64,000 nucleotides of DNA from Clostridia bacterium (GCA_045531355.1 JAZSDW010000053.1:85-64084), one strand, 5' to 3'. Positions 10,279-20,055 are shown, numbered from the stretch's first letter. Numbers and translations are program-made. The notes: generated by a model not told the origin, from the sequence alone.

Positions 10279-11268
10279 ATGGTAAGTTACAAACTTGCAA
10301 GCCCCATGGGCCTTCCGGCCTTCCCGGTGGCAAGCGCATTTGTAGATAAATATATGGTGACGGCAAACGCGACCTTTGTAAAGGTGTATCTTTACGGGCT
10401 GCGTCTTTGTTATGCCATTGGGACAAAGCCGGACAATGCGCAGATTGCCCGCGCACTGGATTTGCTCGAGTCGGATGTGGTACAGGCCTGGAATTATTGG
10501 GAGAAAAAGGGTGTCATCCGAAAAGGGAGCGATGGGGAAATTTCGTTTGTGGATTTAACGCTGGAATCGCCCGCACCACCGAAAGTGGAAGAAAAGCCGC
10601 AGTACAAGGCGCGCGAGGTGGCTGAAACGGTCGGTACCGATAAAAAACTTTCCATGCTTGTCTCTTTTGCACAGGATGTATTCGGCAAAACGCTTTCCAC
10701 CTCGGAACTGACAGTGCTTTTTAGCTTTTATGATTGGCTGAAGCTGCCGCTGGAGGTCATTATGATGCTTTTAGAGCATTGTGCAGCGCTGGAAAAATGC
10801 AACATGCGGTATGCCGAGAAAATAGCAATTGCGTGGGCAGATGAGGGTGTAGACACGATTGAAAAAGCCGAAAAGCATCTGCAAAACGCCGATAAGCGAG
10901 TAAAGCTTTCCCGCAAATACAAGCGCATTTTAGGCATTGTCGGGCGGGACCTTTCCGAAGCGGAGTATGCGCATATTCTGCAATGGACAGAAGAAATGCA
11001 AATGCCGCAGGAACTGATTAAAACGGCATACGAAAAGGCAGTTTTAGCGACAGGACACGCCTCGTTCCCTTACATAAATGCCATTTTGCAGTCCTGGCAC
11101 AAGCAAGGCATTGTCAAGATAGAAGACCTTGTGCGCGATGTGGCACCGGCGGCAAAAAACGCGCCGAAAAAAACGAATAAATTTTTAGATTACCAGCAGA
11201 CGGCCGTGTACGATTTTGAAGAGATTGAGCGGCGGGCGCTGGAAAAAAGGATAAACGAGCATGGATGA
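10279..11268 (+). CDS. DnaD-domain replication initiation/membrane attachment protein
   Basis: Start taken at the ATG at 10279 after an AAGGAG RBS; the ORF-track start at 10168 is an upstream extension. The DnaD-like C-terminal region reads YAEKIAIAWADEGVDTIEKAE. The gene precedes a DnaC/DnaI-like loader. Confidence 0.65.
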   Translation: MVSYKLASPMGLPAFPVASAFVDKYMVTANATFVKVYLYGLRLCYAIGTKPDNAQIARALDLLESDVVQAWNYWEKKGVIRKGSDGEISFVDLTLESPAPPKVEEKPQYKAREVAETVGTDKKLSMLVSFAQDVFGKTLSTSELTVLFSFYDWLKLPLEVIMMLLEHCAALEKCNMRYAEKIAIAWADEGVDTIEKAEKHLQNADKRVKLSRKYKRILGIVGRDLSEAEYAHILQWTEEMQMPQELIKTAYEKAVLATGHASFPYINAILQSWHKQGIVKIEDLVRDVAPAAKNAPKKTNKFLDYQQTAVYDFEEIERRALEKRINEHG

Positions 11269-12247
11269 AAAGAGCTTACTCGGCGTAAACCGAAAATTTA
11301 ACGAACGGAAAAAGTCGAGAGATGCCCTCCTGGCCGCGCGGCGGGAAGAGGTGTATCGGGCGGTGCCGAAAATTATGGAAATTGACAATGCAATTTTCGG
11401 CGGCGGCATGCAAATGCTTTCGGCCATCTGGGACGGGAACGCAACGCCGGAAAAAGCGAGCCTCGACTATGCCCGGACCATGGAAGCCTATACGGCGGAA
11501 AAACGCCGTCTCCTCGTGGAAGCAGGGTTTCGTGCCGATTATCTGGAGGTGCCCTACACCTGCCCGCATTGCAAGGATACCGGCATGCAGGACGGCAAGC
11601 TTTGCGGCTGTTATCTTGCTCTGGTAGCGGAGGCGTGCAGCGCCCAGTCCGGCATGGGAACGCTTCTTAAAAAGCAGACCTTTGATGCGTTCGACCTGCG
11701 GTTTTATGATGATAAGCCCATGCAGGGAAAGCCGCTTTCTCCGCGAAAAAACATGGAGTCTGTTTTGCGGGAATGCCGGCGTTTTGCCGACACCTTTGAA
11801 ACGCACGCAGAGAATCTCCTTCTCTACGGAAGCCCCGGGCTTGGAAAGACCTTTTTATCAAGCGCAATTGCTAATGCGCTTTTAAAGCGCGGCATTTCGG
11901 TTTTATATCAGAGCGCGGCGCAGATTACGGAGCTTTTAGCAGACGCACGCTTTGGCAGGGGCGAAACAGAAACCGTTGCGTTTTTAAAGGAGCAGCTTTT
12001 AAAGGCAGACCTTTTAATCATTGATGATCTGGGCACGGAATTTATGAATTCCATGACCGACTCGGATATGTTTTATATTATCAACAGCCGGATTTTGGCA
12101 GAAAAAAGCACAATTATCAGCACCAATTTATCGCTTCCGGATATCGGGCGGATGTATTCCGACCGCCTTTTGTCCAGAATTTTGGGGCATTATCATACGC
12201 TCTCGGTTTATGGTGCGGATATCCGGAATATAAGGAGTATGCGATAA
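11261..12247 (+). CDS. DnaC/DnaI-like helicase loader ATPase
   Basis: N-terminal Zn ribbon (CPHCKDTGM...CGC), Walker A GSPGLGKTFL and Walker B LLIIDDLGTE. Confidence 0.75.
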   Translation: MDEKSLLGVNRKFNERKKSRDALLAARREEVYRAVPKIMEIDNAIFGGGMQMLSAIWDGNATPEKASLDYARTMEAYTAEKRRLLVEAGFRADYLEVPYTCPHCKDTGMQDGKLCGCYLALVAEACSAQSGMGTLLKKQTFDAFDLRFYDDKPMQGKPLSPRKNMESVLRECRRFADTFETHAENLLLYGSPGLGKTFLSSAIANALLKRGISVLYQSAAQITELLADARFGRGETETVAFLKEQLLKADLLIIDDLGTEFMNSMTDSDMFYIINSRILAEKSTIISTNLSLPDIGRMYSDRLLSRILGHYHTLSVYGADIRNIRSMR

Positions 12248-12778
12248 ATGTATACATTTACGGAGCCGTCCGAGGTCAAGCTGATTATTCTGTATATCAT
12301 TGAAAATTTTGGCGAGGCCATTGACAACGGACAGATTACCGATTTATTTATGGACTACGAATTTGTAGATTATTTTACAATGCAGCAGTATCTGGACGAG
12401 CTGGTTGCCATGAAGCTTGTGGAAATGGATACGCCGGACGGCCTGCGCCTTTATTTTCTAACGGCGCACGGGCGGGAAGCGTATGATGCGTATATGAAAA
12501 ATATCCCGCTTTCCGTGCGGGAAAAACTGCTTTCCGGCATCAAGGCGTATAAGAAAAAGGAACGGCGGGAAAACGACATTTCCGCGTCCTTCCGCCAGAT
12601 TAACGAGCTATCCTATGCGGCAGAGCTTTCCATCCGCGAAAGCGGGTTTCCGCTACTGGACATCCGCCTTTGCGTAGGCAGCAAAGAAACGGCGCGGGCG
12701 GTGTGCCAGCGGTTTAAGGAAGACCCGCAAAAATCTTATGAAGCACTTCTTCAAAGTTTAATAGACGAAGAGAAATAA
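12248..12778 (+). CDS. conserved hypothetical protein (DUF4364-like)
   Basis: 176 aa. The start abuts the stop of the loader gene. Family assignment is from memory only. Confidence 0.45.
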   Translation: MYTFTEPSEVKLIILYIIENFGEAIDNGQITDLFMDYEFVDYFTMQQYLDELVAMKLVEMDTPDGLRLYFLTAHGREAYDAYMKNIPLSVREKLLSGIKAYKKKERRENDISASFRQINELSYAAELSIRESGFPLLDIRLCVGSKETARAVCQRFKEDPQKSYEALLQSLIDEEK

Positions 12779-12785
12779 AAAGGGG

Positions 12786-12826
12786 CTGTAAATTAACTGC
12801 GTGTTAATTCACAGCCCCTTTTGTTT
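12786..12826. terminator. bidirectional intrinsic terminator / palindromic repeat element, copy 1
   Basis: GGGGCTGTAAATTAAC-TGCGTG-GTTAATTCACAGCCCC followed by TTTT. It lies between convergent genes. A near-identical arm recurs at 47091-47130. Confidence 0.6.
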
Positions 12827-12833
12827 TGTGGTG

Positions 12834-15305
12834 CTATTTTGTAGCGACCAGAATCCGGATTTTTCCGCCGGAAGCAGGCGTTTTATCGTAGTAGGCGCGG
12901 ATGGTGTAGGCGGAAGCGTCTATATCTGCAATCTGTTTTTGCATATAGGTATAGTCGCTGTTTTTGACATAGAGAACGGCGTCTTGTATGGGATAAAAAG
13001 TTCCGTCAGCGAGGCGAATTTGGCTATCCGTCAGGACTGTTACTATGCCGGAAAGCATAGTCAGACGCGAGATGCTCTGTATCTTGCCATTGCTTTGACT
13101 AAACCGGGCCGGTGCACCGGAGCCGACAGAAAAGGCGTGGCCGTTTGTTTGCAAAACGCCGGGCGTACTGCCGATAATATACTCGTAGGCGCCGGAAACA
13201 GAAAGGCCAAGGGAACGGGTTTCGGCCTTTGTCACAATGCCGTATTGATGCAGGTCGCCGGTTACATCGGAAAGAAAGAGTGCGGAAATCCGGTTTTTAC
13301 TATCACGCGCGGCATAGAGGATTTGGCTACTGGTTAGCTTGACGCCGTCCAGCCGTTGCAAAAAGACAGAGCCGGTTATCCCAGCAGTCAAGGTATCCGG
13401 TGCATAGACCTCTACAATGTTTATCGAGGGGGAGAGCGCAAGACCGCCGAGCGTCAGCGCGTCGGCATCTATCGTGCCGGACAGGCTGTTTCCTTCTATA
13501 AGCTTTGCGATGGCCTTTCCATTGGAGAAGGAAAGCGACACCACGCGGTTTAAAAGTGTATCATAGTCCTGTGCGGCTTCAAAGGCATGCACCTTACCTT
13601 CTGCGTCGGTCAGGGAAAGGGTATAGCCGGTATAGGTGTCTCCCCATTCTGTTTCATAGGTCGCAGTACCTGCTGCGGACAAGATACCGACCATATTCGC
13701 GCTTGCGTCCACAGGCAGTACATCGGCCACGGCGCCGGTACGGCCCAAAAGAAGCGTGACCGTATCCCCAAAGGCAAAGTCCCCACCGGTAGCCAGCTTG
13801 TGGAAGGCCGTGAGACTTTCAATGGCGTACTCTTTTCCGGAAACGGTGACCGTATTGGGTGCATCTTTGGAGGGCGATGCGGCTTTATAGATGCCCTGTA
13901 CTGTATCCGTATACGCCAACAGCATGTCGAGCGTCTCCGCATAATAGAGAATGTCATAGGTTTCAATTTCGTTCGGCGTTATCTTTCTGCCGTCGCGCAG
14001 AATGAGCGTAGAGGCTGAAATCGGGAAGGCGGATTGCCAGGATTCGTTTAGCACCGTAAAGGGCTCGGAAAAACCATCAGACGAGAGTACAACATAGTCG
14101 ACCTTCTGTTTCGCATCGTAAACAATATTTAAAAGGTCGCCCATTTTAAGGCTGGCTTTGGAAAGCGTTCCAACACGCGTCTCATTTTCGTAAAGCGGAA
14201 CGCCGTCGGAAAGAGGAATTTTTTGGAGTGAGCCGTCCTTGTAGGTGATGATTCCATCCTCTAAAACAGAATATACTGCTACTGTTTCAACCAAGAGCGT
14301 GGTATTTTCCGAATGACGCGGGTTTTGTAAAAGGGCATATTCCGCCACATCGCTTTGCCCAAAAAAGACGGTGAAGGTGGCACCGACCTCTGCTTCGGAT
14401 GCAATTTGACTATAGGGCGTGATGCCGGATTTGAAATAGACAGGCATATTCGCCGCCCAGTTATACGCCTTTCCTTCCAAAAGGAGGGCGCTTCCGGCCG
14501 TGCCGGTGACAGGGAAAGCGCATACCTGCTGCGTATCCGGTACAAAGGCGACTATGGTGTCTTTGTTCTTGATAAAGAGCTTGCCGGATCTCCCCACCCA
14601 ATCTGCGCGGAAGGCTTCGCCCTTTTTGTAGGTGCCCGCTGAGGTCAGAACGCGTCCGTCACTTATCGTGCTATCTTCTGCGCTTGTGGCCTGAATCACT
14701 GCATCTTCATAAGCGGTACAATCTAAAAGTGTGACATATTCCGTTAAAGAACCTTTTATGGGCGTTCCAAGAAGGTTATATAAAAGCGTGACGGCATCAC
14801 CCCGCGGAAGCGGCGCATCATATGCAAGCTGGATGCCGGTAAGCAGGCCGATATCCTCGGCAAGCGTCATATGTCCCCGGGGCCACGCGGCACCGAAATC
14901 GCTGCTTGCGTATCCTAAAAGCCGCAGGAAAACGGCCGTCGCTTCCGCATAAGTGATGGGGGCATCAGGACGGAAAGTGGAATCGAGATACCCGGTGACA
15001 TACCCTTTTTGGGCCGCAAGATGGATATAGGGGGCTGACCAGAGCGTGTGGGGCACATCGGAATAGGGGGACACGGCGAGAGCGGCAGAAACGGCCTTCC
15101 GGTTTTCAGAAGCGGCTACCGCAATTTTTGTAAATTCCGCACGCGTCAAGAGTGCCTCCAGTCGGTAGGTACCATCTTCATAGCCATCTAAGATAGAAAG
15201 CTGATTCAAAAGCAGTACCCGTCCGTCCGGCGATTCTGCCAGGGAAGCGATGCTGGGGCAGCACAGACAAACAACGAGGAATAGGAGCAAAAGTTTTTTA
15301 AACAT
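12834..15305 (-). CDS. SLH-domain cell-wall-anchored protein, large (823 aa)
   Basis: Signal peptide MFKKLLLLFLVVCLCC followed by three SLH repeats (FTKIAVAAS..., YIHLAAQKGYVTGY..., FRPDAPITYAEATAVFLRLLGY). The C-terminal ~600 aa is uncharacterised and beta-rich. The gene starts 30 bp after the upstream ABC permease and has its own RBS. Confidence 0.8.
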   Translation of the reverse strand: MFKKLLLLFLVVCLCCPSIASLAESPDGRVLLLNQLSILDGYEDGTYRLEALLTRAEFTKIAVAASENRKAVSAALAVSPYSDVPHTLWSAPYIHLAAQKGYVTGYLDSTFRPDAPITYAEATAVFLRLLGYASSDFGAAWPRGHMTLAEDIGLLTGIQLAYDAPLPRGDAVTLLYNLLGTPIKGSLTEYVTLLDCTAYEDAVIQATSAEDSTISDGRVLTSAGTYKKGEAFRADWVGRSGKLFIKNKDTIVAFVPDTQQVCAFPVTGTAGSALLLEGKAYNWAANMPVYFKSGITPYSQIASEAEVGATFTVFFGQSDVAEYALLQNPRHSENTTLLVETVAVYSVLEDGIITYKDGSLQKIPLSDGVPLYENETRVGTLSKASLKMGDLLNIVYDAKQKVDYVVLSSDGFSEPFTVLNESWQSAFPISASTLILRDGRKITPNEIETYDILYYAETLDMLLAYTDTVQGIYKAASPSKDAPNTVTVSGKEYAIESLTAFHKLATGGDFAFGDTVTLLLGRTGAVADVLPVDASANMVGILSAAGTATYETEWGDTYTGYTLSLTDAEGKVHAFEAAQDYDTLLNRVVSLSFSNGKAIAKLIEGNSLSGTIDADALTLGGLALSPSINIVEVYAPDTLTAGITGSVFLQRLDGVKLTSSQILYAARDSKNRISALFLSDVTGDLHQYGIVTKAETRSLGLSVSGAYEYIIGSTPGVLQTNGHAFSVGSGAPARFSQSNGKIQSISRLTMLSGIVTVLTDSQIRLADGTFYPIQDAVLYVKNSDYTYMQKQIADIDASAYTIRAYYDKTPASGGKIRILVATK

Positions 15306-15335
15306 GGACAGAAATCTCCTTTCAAAAAACTGATT

Positions 15336-16508
15336 TTAGTCATACCGAAGCGCATCAATGGGGTTAAGACGGGACGCCTTTCGGGCAGGGAAATAGCCAA
15401 AACCGATCCCGATAGCGGCCGAAACGGAGAAGGCGACCAAAATCGAGAGAATAGAGAGGGAAAAAGGAATGCCGATGGCGCGCGTTGCCAGGGATGCACC
15501 TCCGATGCCGAACAGGATCCCAATGATTCCACCAATGCCGCTCGTAACGGAGGCTTCTACAAGAAATTGCCCTAAAATGTCCCATGGGGTGGCACCCAGA
15601 GATTTACGGATGCCGATTTCGCGGGTGCGCTCCGTTACCGAAACGAGCATAATATTCATTACGCCGATACCGCCAACCAAAAGCGAAACGGCGGCAATGC
15701 CAACCAGCATTGTGGTCATCATGCCAATCAGTTTATTTAGCTCCGAGATGATGGCCGATTGGTCGATGCGCGTAAAATAGTCGCTGGATTCGAAGATGTC
15801 CAAAAGAAAGTTATCTATAATTGCATTGGCCCTGGGAATGGTATCCTTCGTTTTGGCACTGATGCTATAGCTTGTGACAGTGCCGCCGGCAAACAGCCTT
15901 GCGACTGTATAGGGAAGGAGCAGCGTGTTGTCGGCGCTGGAAGCGGTGCTGTCGCCCTGTTCCTCCAAAACGCCGACCACCTGCATTTTATGGCCGTTTA
16001 TCATAATCGTCTGTGAAAGCGGATTTATACCGCCAAACAGTTCTTTTACAAGGTAAGTACCAATCACGCAGTTATGACAGCGATTTTCCACATCGATATA
16101 GGAGAGATGACGGCCGGCCTGCACGGAAAGCTGCTTGATTTCGTCGTAGTATTCATTAACACCTTGCGCCCGCACGACTACATTTTCGTTTTCTACTTTA
16201 GCAGTGACGCTGGCGGAAAGGGTAGGTGAAACATAGCCGATTTCGTCCGGATACTTTGTCATCAGCGTCTGCATCTCGGCGGGACTGACGCTTCTGTTGC
16301 CGCCACGGCCGGAAATGTTGACCGTAATCAGATTGGCGCCCATGTCCTCAAAGGTGGCAATCACATAGTTTGTAAGACTGGACATGAGACTGACGATAAT
16401 AATCACGGCTGCGACGCCGATAATGATGCCCAGCATCGTTAAAAAAGAGCGGAGTTTGCTGGACGCGAGACTTCGAAAAGCCAGGCGGAAGGATTGCCCG
16501 ACATTCAT
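15336..16508 (-). CDS. ABC transporter permease, MacB/FtsX family
   Basis: N-terminal TM helix, a large extracytoplasmic domain, then the C-terminal FtsX 3-TM bundle. The start overlaps the ATPase stop (ATGA-type coupling). Confidence 0.8.
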   Translation of the reverse strand: MNVGQSFRLAFRSLASSKLRSFLTMLGIIIGVAAVIIIVSLMSSLTNYVIATFEDMGANLITVNISGRGGNRSVSPAEMQTLMTKYPDEIGYVSPTLSASVTAKVENENVVVRAQGVNEYYDEIKQLSVQAGRHLSYIDVENRCHNCVIGTYLVKELFGGINPLSQTIMINGHKMQVVGVLEEQGDSTASSADNTLLLPYTVARLFAGGTVTSYSISAKTKDTIPRANAIIDNFLLDIFESSDYFTRIDQSAIISELNKLIGMMTTMLVGIAAVSLLVGGIGVMNIMLVSVTERTREIGIRKSLGATPWDILGQFLVEASVTSGIGGIIGILFGIGGASLATRAIGIPFSLSILSILVAFSVSAAIGIGFGYFPARKASRLNPIDALRYD

Positions 16509-17191
16509 ACGCGCTCCTCCCCTCGTACATCCTCGATAATCTGGCCGTCGCAAATGCGCACAATGCGTGGAAGCGACGCGGCAATGGAATTATCGTGCGT
16601 AATTAAAACGATTGTGGTACCGTCGCGGTGCAGGCGGTGCATAAAGTCGAGAACTTCAAGGCCGGTTTTAGAATCCAGCGCTCCGGTTGGCTCGTCAGCT
16701 AAAAGCACCGGCGGCCGCCCCGCAAGTGCGCGGGCAATCGAAACGCGTTGTTGCTGACCGCCGGAGAGCTGCGCCGGCAACTTCTTATAGCGATCTGCAA
16801 GACCGACACGGTCAAGCGCGTCCATAGCATGGGTGCGCCGCTCGGAAGCGGACAGGCCGCGGTATAAAAGCGGGAGCTCCACATTTTCCAGCACAGAAAG
16901 CTTTGGAATCAGGTTGTACTGCTGGAAAACAAAGCCGAGGCTGCGGTTTCGTACATGTGCCAGTTCCTTTTCGTGCATGGTGCTGACATCCACACCGTCT
17001 AAAAGGTAGGAGCCGCTTGTCGGTACATCGAGGCAACCGATTATATTCATGCAGGTGGATTTTCCCGAGCCGGAGGTGCCGACAATGGCTACAAATTCCC
17101 CTTTTTGGATATGGAGTGATATGCCGTTCAAAGCCCGGATTTCGCTTTCACCGTCCGTGTAAATTTTATAGATATCGAGGAGTTGTATCAA
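16505..17191 (-). CDS. ABC transporter ATP-binding protein (MacB-type NBD)
   Basis: 228 aa with Walker A GTSGSGKST, signature LSGGQQQRV and Walker B VLLADEPTGALD. Confidence 0.9.
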   Translation of the reverse strand: MIQLLDIYKIYTDGESEIRALNGISLHIQKGEFVAIVGTSGSGKSTCMNIIGCLDVPTSGSYLLDGVDVSTMHEKELAHVRNRSLGFVFQQYNLIPKLSVLENVELPLLYRGLSASERRTHAMDALDRVGLADRYKKLPAQLSGGQQQRVSIARALAGRPPVLLADEPTGALDSKTGLEVLDFMHRLHRDGTTIVLITHDNSIAASLPRIVRICDGQIIEDVRGEERV

Positions 17192-17206
17192 AAGAATCCC
17201 GCCTTT

Positions 17207-18901
17207 CTATCGACCGGAAGGCCGGCTTCCCATGCCACCGGCGGGCATGCCGCCCATCATGCCGTGCATGCCACTCATGCCACCCATCTGCATGCCCGTA
17301 GCGTCCGGCGTAAACTGCATGGCGCTGTTTTCGCTGCCGACAGAAGCAGGAACAAGCAGCTCATCCCCTTCCAAAAGGCCGGAAAGCACTTCGATGTGTT
17401 GGCCGTCGGTAATGCCGGTTTCAATGCGGACATAGCAGTAGCCCTTCGGCGCTTCCAGCTGGGAGGCTTCGGTCTGATCTTTTCTACCTTCTCCTTTGAC
17501 AAGCACCATATTGCCGCGGCGGACGGCGGCGGTGGGGATAACGAGAATGTTTGTTTTTTCGGCAATCACAATCGTCGCACTTACATTCATACCGGGAAGC
17601 AGCGCCGCGTTTTCTTTGCCGTCTAACACGACGGTCACCGGATAGGTGGTAACGCCGTTTGCCGTTGTACCCATAATGCTGACCGTTTCCACATAGCCGG
17701 TAAAGGTCTTTCCGGGAACGGCGTCAGCTGTGATGCGCACCTCTTGTCCTGCGGCGATATCGGCGATGTCCAGTTCGTCTACCGCCATTTCAAAGGTGAG
17801 CGTAGAGAGGTCTGCGATGACCGCCATGGAGGAGGCGTTGCTGCCGCTTCCGTTTTCCAGCTTGTCGCCGGCCTTTACGCTTTTTTGAATCACAGTGCCG
17901 GAAATCGGTGCTTTAATCTGGTAGTCTTCCAGCTGGTCGTAGGTATTTTCGAGACTGCGAAGGGAATCGGAATAGGAAAGACGGCTGCGTTCTGTGCTTC
18001 TTGCTGTGGAATCGCTTTCCAGCGTAAAGAGAAGCTGTCCCTTTTCTACCCGGTCACCCATTTGTACTGCGAGGTTCCGCACGATGCCGCCGGCCTTCAG
18101 GAGAATGGACTCTGTGGCTTCGTAGGAAAAAGAGCCGGGTGCATGGCAGGCGTAAGAACCAACGGTGGCGGAAGCCATCGTATCCGCTAAAAGAGCGCCG
18201 GGATTTTCCACCCAAATCTCCACCGACGACACGAGCGCACCAATCGAGCTTGTAAAAGTGCCGGTAGAAATACTTTTGACTGTGCCGGAAATCGTTTGCG
18301 AGGGTGCACTTTCAGGAATAACAGTAGCTACATCTCCCGGCGAGATTCCCTGCGCGTCCGTTTTTAAAAAGGGGAGAGTGAGGAGCATCCGCGAGGCATT
18401 TGTAACTGTGCCGACGCTTTTTCCTGCCGAAAGGGTTTCCCCGTTATGTACAGAAAGGTCCGTGATTACGCCGGCAATCGGCGCGGTGACTTGCAGATTC
18501 GCCTGCGTTTCGAGCGCTTCGTCATACGCAAGACGGGCGGAGGCTACGCCGGATTTCGCTTTTTCGATATTATAGTCCATCGTCGTGCTGTCAATTACAT
18601 ACAAAAGCGCATCTTTTTCAACGATGTCCCCTTCCGAAAAGGTGTCGGACAACACTTCTCCCGTTACGAGAGAACGGATGGTATACTGCTCACCGGCTTC
18701 AATTACACCGCTTCCCTCGATGGTGCGGACAATATTGCCTTGCGCAACCATTGCCGTTTGCATATTATCGGCAGGCGTTTCCTTGCCGAATACGCGAAGT
18801 AGAAAAACGAGGAGAAGCACCATTGCGACAGCGGCCAGCGTGAGAAGAAGCCAGAAGCGCTTCGGCTTCTTTTGAGGAAGTAGGGAAGGGATGCGTTTCA
18901 T
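17207..18901 (-). CDS. efflux transporter periplasmic adaptor (HlyD/MacA family) with a Gly/Met-rich C-terminal tail
   Basis: 564 aa. An N-terminal TM anchor is followed by biotinyl/lipoyl-like and beta-barrel regions. The C-terminus reads TGMQMGGMSGMHGMMGGMPAGGMGSRPSGR. Confidence 0.75.
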   Translation of the reverse strand: MKRIPSLLPQKKPKRFWLLLTLAAVAMVLLLVFLLRVFGKETPADNMQTAMVAQGNIVRTIEGSGVIEAGEQYTIRSLVTGEVLSDTFSEGDIVEKDALLYVIDSTTMDYNIEKAKSGVASARLAYDEALETQANLQVTAPIAGVITDLSVHNGETLSAGKSVGTVTNASRMLLTLPFLKTDAQGISPGDVATVIPESAPSQTISGTVKSISTGTFTSSIGALVSSVEIWVENPGALLADTMASATVGSYACHAPGSFSYEATESILLKAGGIVRNLAVQMGDRVEKGQLLFTLESDSTARSTERSRLSYSDSLRSLENTYDQLEDYQIKAPISGTVIQKSVKAGDKLENGSGSNASSMAVIADLSTLTFEMAVDELDIADIAAGQEVRITADAVPGKTFTGYVETVSIMGTTANGVTTYPVTVVLDGKENAALLPGMNVSATIVIAEKTNILVIPTAAVRRGNMVLVKGEGRKDQTEASQLEAPKGYCYVRIETGITDGQHIEVLSGLLEGDELLVPASVGSENSAMQFTPDATGMQMGGMSGMHGMMGGMPAGGMGSRPSGR

Positions 18902-19042
18902 AGGGGACCTCCTTATTTTGTATGCCCCGAAGGGCTTGCCTTTACAAGTACGCGTATACTTTATAATAAAAATCTCCCCATGTCAAGCGGAGAAGGCAAG
19001 GATTTCCACTTTGTTAAAGGGAGATTTACAAATTGTTAAAAA

Positions 19043-19816
19043 TTAAAAACGGAAGGTGACAAAAAGCCGCCCTTTCCGACTTGTTCCGCCAATTTCCTCG
19101 AGAACAAAGCGGCCTTTGCCTTGCCAGCGGAGTTTATCCTGCACATGGAGAAGCTTGTCGGCCTTTGTCAGCGGAAGGTTATTTAGATACACACGCTGCG
19201 CCGCAATGGCCGAGAGCGCCACAGTGCGCGAAACGGAGAAGGCGGCGGCTAAAACGGCATCGGCGCGAAGCGAAGCGAGGGAAGCTGTTTTAAAAACCGG
19301 CTCGGTGGCCGGGATGGAAAGCGAAGAAAGCGGAAGCGTGGAAACGGAAAGCTGCACGCGCCCGGCCTTTGTATACTGCGAGAGAAAGAAATCGGAAAAG
19401 GAAGAACGAATCAGCACTTGCGCTTTTTGCGTCTCGACCAGAATATCACCGACGCCTTCTCTTTTCACGCCGAGACCTAAAAGGCTTCCAAGATAGTCCC
19501 GGTGCTGGAGCGGACGCGTATCCCGATGCGTGAGGAGCAGAAGCGAAATGGCGTCCTCGGGTGGGGATTCCATATAGTCCGGCAGAAAAAAGACCATTTT
19601 TCGTTCTGCATCCGGGTAGCCACCCCAAAGCGTGGGGGGCGTGGGAAGGTGCGATGCTATGGCCAGCGTGAGGGCTTGCTGGTGCGGGTCGAGAAAATCG
19701 CCGCAGATGGGAATGTTCTTTCCCATACAAAGCGTGGACTGATCGAGAAGGTGTGACAGAAAGAGCGCATCGTCATTCGTTTTGGCATACCGATTTAAAA
19801 GCTCGGCTTTCTGCAT
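19043..19816 (-). CDS. ylmH: YlmH-like RNA-binding protein (S4 domain)
   Basis: Start chosen at MQKAELLNRY (ATG at 19816 with an AAGGAGGAAG RBS). The C-terminal S4-like region reads RVYLNNLPLTKADKLL. Confidence 0.6.
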   Translation of the reverse strand: MQKAELLNRYAKTNDDALFLSHLLDQSTLCMGKNIPICGDFLDPHQQALTLAIASHLPTPPTLWGGYPDAERKMVFFLPDYMESPPEDAISLLLLTHRDTRPLQHRDYLGSLLGLGVKREGVGDILVETQKAQVLIRSSFSDFFLSQYTKAGRVQLSVSTLPLSSLSIPATEPVFKTASLASLRADAVLAAAFSVSRTVALSAIAAQRVYLNNLPLTKADKLLHVQDKLRWQGKGRFVLEEIGGTSRKGRLFVTFRF

Positions 19817-19877
19817 GGTGCTTCCTCCTTTCGGTGCGCGGATAGGAAAAAACCGCATTGCAGGTGCAATGCGGTTT

Positions 19878-19953
<76 letters not shown>

Positions 19954-19969
19954 GTGTAAACACTCGTAT

Positions 19970-19998
19970 AGTATAGCATTAAAGAGAGGCGTTGTCAA
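19970..19998 (-). promoter_or_regulatory. promoter for tRNA-Thr (TTGACA, 17-nt spacer, TATACT on the minus strand)
   Basis: Reverse complement of 19993-19998 is TTGACA, and of 19970-19975 is TATACT. The -10 ends 16 nt before the mature tRNA 5' end. Confidence 0.55.
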
Positions 19999-20055
19999 GC
20001 CTTTTTCAGAAAAAATATAAAAATCCGTAAAAGCGGACGCAGAATGCACGAAAAA

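Noticed and set aside
10279-12778. dnaD-like/dnaI-like pair as a prophage replication module
   Set aside because: No phage structural, lysis or integrase genes are nearby. The pair is embedded between an ABC exporter and the efflux operon. Chromosomal DnaD-domain plus helicase-loader pairs are normal in Clostridia.
12801-14018. Several 140-180-aa plus-strand ORFs inside the SLH protein gene
   Set aside because: They are antisense to an 823-aa ORF with clear SLH repeats and a signal peptide. There are no RBSs, so these are shadow ORFs.
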